In this document: positions 53,190 to 64,000 of the stretch, in pieces
How the letters are laid out: every line of letters starts with the position of its first letter
How positions within the stretch are numbered: position 1 is the stretch's first letter
Assembly: GCA_964016885.1 (NCBI GenBank)
Contig: OZ024742.1
Span: 148,490,001 to 148,554,000 of the forward strand
Direction of reading: 5' to 3'
Length of the DNA stretch: 64,000 nt
DNA from: Eledone cirrhosa
Taxonomy: Eukaryota
Program-made: the position numbers and the translations under genes
The notes under the pieces: generated by a model
The model's input: the letters and a program-made list of their open reading frames with translations, nothing else
Database searches by the model: none
What the model was told of the DNA's origin: nothing

Positions 53190-55530
53190 TATTTAAAAGC
53201 ACTATAGAGGATCAGATTGACATTTCAAATTGGCTTGCTACACCATGTACAAATCTGGCAGAAAACTATAGGTCTATTACTTGCTTAAGCATTATGTCCA
53301 AACTTTACAAATGCTACCTCAGCCCACACTCCCAAGACCGTTACGAGTCTCACAATATAGAGATTGATGAGAAGGTAAGCGGAAAGTATGGAGTGTGGGA
53401 ATGTGCCAAACAACTTTTTATTAATAAAGCTGTGCTGTCTGAAACCTTGTGGCAGTAATTCGTGATTATAGAAAATCATTTGATTTTATACCTTATTCAT
53501 GTTGCTCATGTCACTAGTGGCTGCCATTGAAAGGACCACAAAGTTCTGATCAAAACACCTCATACTTGTAATTGAACATAGAACGATCGATTGTCTCCGA
53601 GGTTATAAATATTTCAAGAAAATCTTCTATGTTTATGTGCTGTTTATTTTGGCAATAAATCCACTTTTACGAAAACCCAATGGTTATGTGCAAGGGTCCA
53701 GAACATCTTGAGATAATAATGTAACTCATGGATTGGCAGTATCGGTAGAGAGTCGGAAACCATGCTTTGAAGCATAGAGTTACGTCCCTTTATAATCTGA
53801 GTTCAAATTCCGCCGAGGTTAATTTTGCCTTTCATCCTTACGGGGTCGATAAAATAAAGTACCAGTAATGTACTGGGTAATTGCTGGCCTTGTGCCAAAA
53901 AGTAGAAACAATTATTTCTTTGTGAATAATCTAAAGATCTATACTAGAAATATTTACATTGCTGCAAAATAACAAGAATTAATAACATTTTCAACTGTTA
54001 TAGGGATGAAATTTAGTTCATGTTTTTCAAACCCAGATGTTTGCATCACTGATCTCGCTGTTTCTTTTATTCTATACAACGAATGATACAACTGCTTATA
54101 CATTGATGAAAATATATCATATACAGGTACTGAGAATAAAGATGCTCAAAAGTGAAGAGAACAATATTCTAAGATTCGATCCCACTTATTTACGAGAGTT
54201 CATGCAATCTTAGAGCTACTGAACTACATACACTATCATGCATCATTATAGATCTGGAGATCCTATTTGCTCACAATACAGAAAGATGGAGGCGATAACA
54301 GTGGGAGTTCGACTCTTCCGTGTTCGGACACATGTTATTGTCATGTTATTGTCCCTAATGGTTTATGTTCTTGTATTGAACTTGTTATTAGCATATGAGG
54401 TTTTGCAAATTTTAATAATCTTACTCATCTGTTGTTTTTATTTTAACTTCAAGTCATATTAACCCACTGTTTATTTCTGATTATAATCAGCAACTTACCC
54501 AATGTTTATAATCGAGTAGCCTTGAGATATAAATATGTCTGTCTTGTTTTCTTCGCCAATTATGCTTTCAGGATTTTGATGTAATTTCTACACTTTTACG
54601 TCATTATAATCGAAAGTTAGAACATAAACTGGATTCATTAACAAGCACTGCATGGTAAAAAAGCTTATGCGTGGATATGTTTCTCATAAACTTGAGAATA
54701 ATACTAATATTAATTTTTAATTTAGGCATAAGGGCAGTAAATTTGACTGACGGGCAAAGTTTATTAAATCAACCCCCAGTACTTGACTGGTACTTCATTT
54801 TATCGACCCCAGAAGGATAAAGGGCTAAGTTGACCTCAGCGGAATTTGAACTCAGAATGTACCGTTTATCCAAACCTCTACCAATTCTGCTAATTCACAT
54901 CACATTTCAAAGGCTATGTTTCGGCAATCCAAAAACGCTACGAAATAACTAATCAACGAAAGAGCCCTTAAAACTCCAAGATGGAATCGAAAATGTGGAA
55001 GATTCACCACATGTGATCAGGGTTTACCCTAAAATGCTATTAAGATATTATCACCCAATGCGGCATGATGTTGCTAAAACATATACAAATACACAATGCT
55101 ATCAGTAAGAATGACTATTGTGAGATAAAAATAGTGAACCATTCTGTTGTTAAATATATAAATATATATTAACACTAGGGATATTGGTGAAACATTCCCA
55201 TCAAAACTTTCGACAAGCGCGAAATAATATGTCTAGCATAGTTAATTGTTTGAGACAGAAAAGAAAATGTATGTATAATAATAGTGGTCAGCCGCCCTGC
55301 AGCTGTGAAAATATTACGAGAATACATACGGACAACTACTTCAAAATATTCAGTTTCTCTATCCAGATTATAAATTCCCATTTTTAGCGATAATTACTAG
55401 GGCATCTGTCACTGTTTATATTAAGTGACAATTCTGAAAATATATGGCTTTCAGGTAAAGAGATTGACCCTCTAACACACACTTTACAAATACAATCTGT
55501 AAGAAGAACTGTAAAAATATGTATGACACT
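53190..55530. mobile_element. Patchwork of older R4/Dong-like fragments plus SINE A copies (53728-53912 +, 54715-54900 -)
   Basis: ENYRSITCLSIMSKL, CAKQLFINKAV; 55030-55080 YYHPMRHDVAK parallels ~52325. Confidence 0.65.
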
Positions 55531-56138
55531 CACTGTTTTCAGCCCTGCCAACCTCTAAAAACCCAAACGAGGAGTACCATGGAAAAAAAGTGCCCCAAAC
55601 GGGGAGAAATGAGGCAAAATGAGGAAATTTTAAATAATGAAAGCTATGCCAATTTTCACTCACCCAAAGTGGGTGGGAGATCTCCCTGTCGGGCGGGGAG
55701 AGATGACAGGTCTGTGTTTTTGTTATGCGAATTCCAGCAATGGAGCTCTTTTCCTCTGTTAGAAACTCACTCTTTTCAAACAATAAGAGTTCAAATGATT
55801 AAAAAAAAAAACCAAAAAAAACCCATATGCACATTATTGCATTAGATGTTTGCTCTTGTAGAGGACGGTTCTTTCGGCAGCATTTTATCTAACTTCCTAT
55901 ACCTCTAGTTACCTATTAATGAATTTACGTAAGTGAACATCCGAATAAATGAACTGAACATACCACCAAATATACATACATACACAGAAGGAGTGCATAT
56001 ATTAAAAAATATTTTTTTTGTCACATCGCCAGTCTGAAGATTGATAGTTGAGTCGGGTCTACATAGGTGACCTTCAGCCAATCCTCTGCGAAGCGCAATG
56101 AATATCTTATACATGTAAACGAAACCTCCTCCTTTTTC

Positions 56139-56226
<88 letters not shown>

Positions 56227-56610
56227 TATTTGTCTTGAAAGACTTATTTTTCAGTGACTTCTCAATCAGCCGAGACAAACCTACTTTTGGCGCAAAATCA
56301 ATTTTTAACATTCACATGACCTCTACCGACCAATCAAAATTGTTTTGACCACACGAGTTTTTTCATACATCTGGAGCCACTCTTTTTTACATAAAACAGG
56401 TACAGGTAGAATTTCCAAAACTAATCAGATTAGAGCAAACATCACGGGCGCTCTATCTCAAAATAATTTTTGAAAAGCATTAGAAATGCGCAACCGGTAA
56501 AACTTAAAACCAAAACTGAATACTAACCAATACTATTACTAATTTTTACTTATTCCTAATTAAACTATTTTTCACTGGAAACAATTTGTGAGCATTTTCT
56601 TTTCCTTTTA

Positions 56611-56653
<43 letters not shown>

Positions 56654-56799
56654 TTATTTATCTATTATTTCTTCATAGGTGCCTTTTCATCTTATAGCCT
56701 TGTTTAATTGTTTTTTTTTTGTGTGTGGTTGATTATGCTGATTGGGAGAGGAGATGGTGTATATATTTTATCAAATGATTCTATGGACATACTTTATTG

Positions 56800-56898
<99 letters not shown>

Positions 56899-56985
56899 CG
56901 TAAACCGAAATAACAACACAGTCGGTACAGTATATGGAAGGAATATATTAGGTTAACGCTTGAAATTGAAATAGCAGAAAGAAGG

Positions 56986-57021
56986 TCTTAACGTTTCGGA
57001 CGTTAGTCTTTCATCAGGAGA
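56986..57021 (-). ncRNA. Minimal hammerhead-like motif in element 56895-57147
   Basis: Reverse complement reads tctc-CTGATGA-aagactaacgtcc-GAAA-cg-TT-aaga. Confidence 0.55.
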
Positions 57022-57149
57022 AAGAATGAGAAATTAAGACGATTGAAGGGACGGGCGGGGTGGAATTGGAAAAAATGTTTTTAGAGAAAATTAACAGGTC
57101 CATTCATGTTGCCATCTCTTGGAAAACCGTTGATGCTGGCGTTTTGTGT

Positions 57150-57204
<55 letters not shown>

Positions 57205-57261
57205 AACAAAACGCCAGCATCAACGGTTTTCCAAGAGATGGCAACATGAATATATATATGA

Positions 57262-57391
<130 letters not shown>

Positions 57392-57430
57392 AAAACATAC
57401 ATACATATATATATATACATACATACATAC

Positions 57431-57503
<73 letters not shown>

Positions 57504-57504
57504 C

Positions 57505-57575
<71 letters not shown>

Positions 57576-58004
57576 TAATTTGTTTACAAACCAAAGAATT
57601 TAAGAGTCCAAGACATTTAATAACTGACAATTGTTTCTACCCATTGTAACTCTATAAGGGCTCTGCATGATCCTATCTTTGCATCGAGCTGCTAAAAGGC
57701 ACTTAGTAAATAAGTGAAATTTCCTCTCATTAATATTAATATTTTATATATATATATTTATATATATATATATACAGAGATATTCACGGTAAGTTGTGGG
57801 GTCTAGTCTGCATGAAGAACTCTATGTAATCCATTGACAACAGCTGGTGATATGCATGTAAGTAAATATTCTCTTTATTTGATATTTTGTAACTAACCTT
57901 ACATAGACCGATATCGAAGTATTGTTACGATGTATTATGATCACCTAGAAACGATCGTAAAGCAGTGAAGTATATTTCTAATGACTTGATTTTTTATTTC
58001 ATTG

Positions 58005-58129
<125 letters not shown>

Positions 58130-58232
58130 GGAAAAAATGAAGCGAAATTTCATTTCTCACTCTTAGTACGGCTGTTACTTAAATATAATATGTATACGTA
58201 CATACATATATGTATACAGACGTACAGAAGTA

Positions 58233-58275
<43 letters not shown>

Positions 58276-58317
58276 TTGTTCGGTGAATTATTACGTACAT
58301 ATATATATGTGTGCGTG

Positions 58318-58403
<86 letters not shown>

Positions 58404-58550
58404 CATACATGCACACATATATATATATGCACGTATGGATTCACCGAACATTTATTATAATGTTCGGTGTGTTTGTAAACAAACATCCCGAATTAAGCCG
58501 TACAGTGTCTAGCAACCATCGTTGCTCCTTTGTTCAACACTGACAAAGGA

Positions 58551-58593
58551 ACGCTGTACTAGTTTCAAGCTTACTAGCTATCGTCAGCAACGT
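58551..58593 (-). ncRNA. Minimal type-I hammerhead ribozyme (F3)
   Basis: Reverse complement reads acgttg-CTGACGA-tagctagtaagctt-GAAA-CTAG-TA-cagcgt. Confidence 0.88.
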
Positions 58594-58866
58594 ATACCTT
58601 CCTGCCAGATGGTTGAACGTCTGAAAGTATATACTTTCCTTATGCATATTAACGGCTGAGCATATATGTATGTACGTATACATACTTATATTTAAGTTAC
58701 AGCCGTACTAAGAGTGAGAAATGAAATTTCTTTCATTTTTTCCGTTTATCGTTTTCGGTACCCCGGCCGATTAACTCACTCGATATGCAAATTAGGCTGC
58801 TCAGCCGTTAATATGCATAAGGAAAGTATGTACTTTCAGACGTTCAACCATCTGGCAGGAAGGTAT

Positions 58867-58909
58867 ACGTTGCTGACGATAGCTAATAAGCTTGAAACTA
58901 GTACAGCGT
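58867..58909 (+). ncRNA. Minimal type-I hammerhead ribozyme (F3)
   Basis: acgttg-CTGACGA-tagctaataagctt-GAAA-CTAG-TA-cagcgt. Confidence 0.9.
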
Positions 58910-59050
58910 TCCTTTGTCAGTGTTGAACAAATGAGCAACGATGGTTGCTAGTCACTGTACGGCTTAATTGGGGATGTTTGTTTACAAACACACCGAGCAT
59001 TATAATAAATGTTCGGTGAATCTATACGTACATATATATATGTGTGCATG

Positions 59051-59104
<54 letters not shown>

Positions 59105-59148
59105 TACTACTGGACGTCTGTGTACATATATGTATGTACGTATACATA

Positions 59149-59191
<43 letters not shown>

Positions 59192-59925
59192 AGGGTTGAC
59201 GGACCCAGCATATTTATCAATACCAGTACCGGTTGTATCTCAGCGCACTCATATATATATATACATGCACAACTGCATTCATGTTTTGTGTGTGCATGTG
59301 TCAGGTGTGTTTCTTTTCTTGATGACCAATTTTATATTTTATGAGTATTGTCTAATTAAATATTTAAGATATTCCCTTTTCATACGCTACTTGAACATTT
59401 GCCTTCTAATTGCATACAAAATAAACAAGGAAGAGAAAATATTATTCTTATATCTTCAGTTATTTATTTGTTGAAATAAACAAGAAATAAACAAGCATTG
59501 CCAATGTTCATAACTCAAAGAAATGACACCAGTAATTAAGAAATATTTCTGTCTCCGTTCGTCCACATCAAATCTGATAGTCTTTTACATTAGAGGAATA
59601 TCTGTAGTAATGTATTCACGTATATTTCAAACTAAAATCACAATGTAGTGAAGGAGAGAAAACCAAATTAAAAGCAAAAGATAATATATATTTTTACTAA
59701 TTTTGAACGTGTTGTAATAAGGAGAGTGTAAAAGCATATCACATCACAGTATTAAAAATGAACTAAATAAAAATCGTATGAATATCTGTCAACACATAGA
59801 AAGTGAGAAAATTGATATATGTTATATACATATTGTATATATAAATACTGTGTACATACTGTATATATATATATATTGACTGTCTCAAACAATTAGATTG
59901 CAGCCTACGACATTCATACCTAATA

Positions 59926-60006
<81 letters not shown>

Positions 60007-60180
60007 GTGTGTGTGTAGTTGCTAGTAAGTTAGGCTTAAAAATGGAATGAGAGTATAATAAGAAAGCAAGAACAGGGGGTTCCTCGACAGTTGTCTCCTG
60101 GGGTTCTCGGATATTTCAACGCTTTAAAGACAATATATCTACCCCCAGGGGGTATATACATATATATATATATATATATA

Positions 60181-61278
<1,098 letters not shown>

Positions 61279-61779
61279 AATCTGAGTTTTTCGAATATTA
61301 ATAATAATATTCAATTCGTTTGCAATTATGCAAATAGCCTCTTTAAGCCATGTGAGTAGACTCCGTCATTCTTGCTGTTGTGTTGGCATATAAACAGAAC
61401 GGCATACACTAATGTTTCTGGGTGATTACCTTTCATCGTTACCGTATACGAGGAAAGATGTCTAATAAGCTCTAACGCGGTGATAATTGGGGCTGATTCT
61501 ATATTGGACACTTCAAGAAATATACAGTACTGGATTTATTTTATTCTTTTAGAATTACGAGAATTAACTTCACAATTTTTATTGTTGGTTTTATTGATGC
61601 TGGATACTATTTTTTTGTTTTTTAAATTATAGAAATACACAGCTACAAATCACTATGATTTGACAAGTCATTTTAGATAATTTTCTCATCATATATCATA
61701 GCATCTTGATAATTATCAATATGAATATAATCCTTTAATATGTGGATGATTAAATAGTGCTTCATATTAAACGACTGTT

Positions 61780-61950
61780 AAGCAGCGAATTGGCAGAATC
61801 GTTATAACATCAGACAGAATACTTTGCAGTATTTGTTCCAATTCTCTTGGTTCTGTGTTCAAAACCCGCCGCAGTGAACTTTGCCTTTCATCCTTCAAGT
61901 TCAATAAAAAAAAAAAAAAAGTATCAGTTCAGTACTGGGGTCGATCTAAC
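61780..61950 (+). mobile_element. SINE family A, diverged
   Basis: gaattggcagaatcg...gttcaaaacccgccg...actttgcctttcatcctt. Confidence 0.7.
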
Positions 61951-62769
61951 TCTATATTTCTTTATATCTTCATCTCTACCAATCTTTTTCCTTCTCTAGA
62001 AGAATTCTGCAGACATGTAGAGGGATGGGTTCCGTCAAGTTTTAAAAAATGCCCCAGGCATGCTGTATGTCAATATGGTGTCCTTACAACTCAGTGAAGA
62101 GTTACAAATCGTTATATACATACACTAAACAACTGCTTCATTTCGCTGAGTCTGAAGAAAATAGAAAGAATACAAACAAAGGCAGCTAATATACACCACG
62201 AAACACTCGCAAAACAACATTACACTGTATATAAAAAAATATGCATTTTATAAGATTTTCATTGAAAAGAACAACATAAAGTTCTTTATATTGATTTGTT
62301 GCATCGGAAGAAGACTTCAAATTTGAGACGAAGTAAATGTTGACATTCATCAAAATACAATATGAAAATAATTCAAATCTAAATGACAGCAGCTAATCAA
62401 TTAATTTATTGAAAGAGAGTAGTACTGTAGGAAGTGATAAATAAGTTATAAATCAGACTTTGAATAATTTCAAACCTCCAATTAGTCCAAATAACACGTG
62501 AAACAGTATATACAGTCATCAGCTCTCTCATCTCTTGTTACAGAAACTCTTTACTTGCTATGTAGACGTAGACAGATAGTGTTAAGTGCTTCGATCAAAG
62601 ATCCCTGAAAGTGCAAGTGGTAGCATACTACTCACGGCTCACATGAGACCAACACTTAATCCACTTGGCTGAGTTATACTTCCCATATTGAAATTATTGG
62701 CGTGATATCAAACAGAATTAAGCATCGAGAATGCTATTGCTTACATGTGTGTATGAGTGAATGTGTATG

Positions 62770-62804
<35 letters not shown>

Positions 62805-62809
<5 letters not shown>

Positions 62810-62998
62810 AAGGAGTAGGACTCTGACGGCTGAGCTCAAGCCGTTTCGACGGCTAAATCTGGACAGATTTAGCCGTCGAAAGGGCTTGAGCTCAGCCGTC
62901 GGGGTCCTACTCGTTCCTATTACCCACTCTACTACCCTAAGTATTGAGTACTTTGGTTTGTTATGGTCCACCTGGTTATTTACCACATTTCCTCCGTT
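62805..62998 (+). mobile_element. Family F1 fold-back element (2-nt loop, 78-bp tail)
   Basis: Arms 62805-62861 and 62864-62920, tail 62921-62998, in (TA)n. Confidence 0.9.
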
Positions 62999-63075
62999 AT
63001 ATATATATATATATATATTTATATATTTATATGCATATATGCATATATATACATATACATACATGCATATATATG

Positions 63076-63188
<113 letters not shown>

Positions 63189-64000
63189 ATATATTCATTC
63201 ATATATATGTATGTGTGTGTATATATATACACATATATGTATGTATGTATGTATGTGTTTGTGTGTATATGTGTGTACGTGTGTGTGCATGTGTGTGTAT
63301 GTATGTATGTGCGTATGTGCGTATGTGTGTATGTGTGTGTGGGGGGGGGGGCATTTATTACTACTGCATTTATCAAAACATCAGAAAATAACATCTAATA
63401 TCATCTAATGGATGATTGGAAAAGTTCCATCAGAATGTAACCCATTATACAAATGAGAAATGAGAAATTCTTGATGAGAGTTTAACTATATTAAGTATTG
63501 CAGGTCTCTATTATCGTTTTGGGACCTAGAATTAGAATAATGCAAAACTATCCTAGTCAGTCGGATATAGATTAAATGGTAAAGTAATATTCTTTAATTT
63601 GACTTGACATCTACAGTTATTCATATATATCTATTTGATATAAAGATTAGAGTCCAGGGAAATACTTTCATGACTTAGACATTTATTGGTGCTTTTCAAG
63701 TTTGACTTCTCCATTAGGTTTGTTCCATTTGCGGATTCACAAATGCCGATGTATTCATTACATGGCCGTGTTTAGTTACTTTTAGTGTTAAGTACCAATG
63801 GACAAACTACAAACAAAGCAGAATCTTTGTAGATACTGTGCAACATCCAGTTTGATGATTCACGATTATATTTTCAATTCTAGCATAATTAGTAAGTAAT
63901 ATTTTATCATATTTTAAAAAGAATGTATTTATTTGGTAGGTTGGGGCTTTGCATAAAGCCTTCGCAACCCCTTCTGTTATCGGAGAGATCGATGTCGTTA

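Noticed and set aside
55540-55714. Possible MITE with CAG(C/A)CCTG(C/T)CA ends
   Set aside because: The TIRs are short and imperfect and the TSD is ambiguous.
63718-63856. Possible exon after ccattAG
   Set aside because: Short frames with stops and no recognisable domain.

Overview
Eukaryotic, AT-rich, microsatellite-saturated DNA with no confidently identifiable host gene. The SINE families and the (TA)n/(CA)n/(CATA)n density suggest a coleoid cephalopod such as Octopus (inference). Almost all listed ORFs are microsatellite artefacts. The real content is decayed transposons: four Penelope-like elements (PLEs, one Naiad-like), R4/Dong-type LINEs, RTE and CR1 fragments, Helitrons, hAT and Tc1 MITEs and about 25 SINEs. 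The most striking signal is a set of short non-coding elements sitting in (TA)n tracts. Many carry minimal type-I hammerhead ribozymes (CUGANGA, stem II, GAAA, palindromic stem III, UH, stem I). At least four unrelated families share one asymmetric fold-back architecture: one arm ends in a fixed tail, and the inverted arm stops at an internal TA motif. One family is a circularly permuted ~460-nt hammerhead monomer resembling a retrozyme. Also present are palindromes centred on (TA)n and a composite minisatellite inside a 3.3-kb inverted duplication. All folds and alignments were done by eye.
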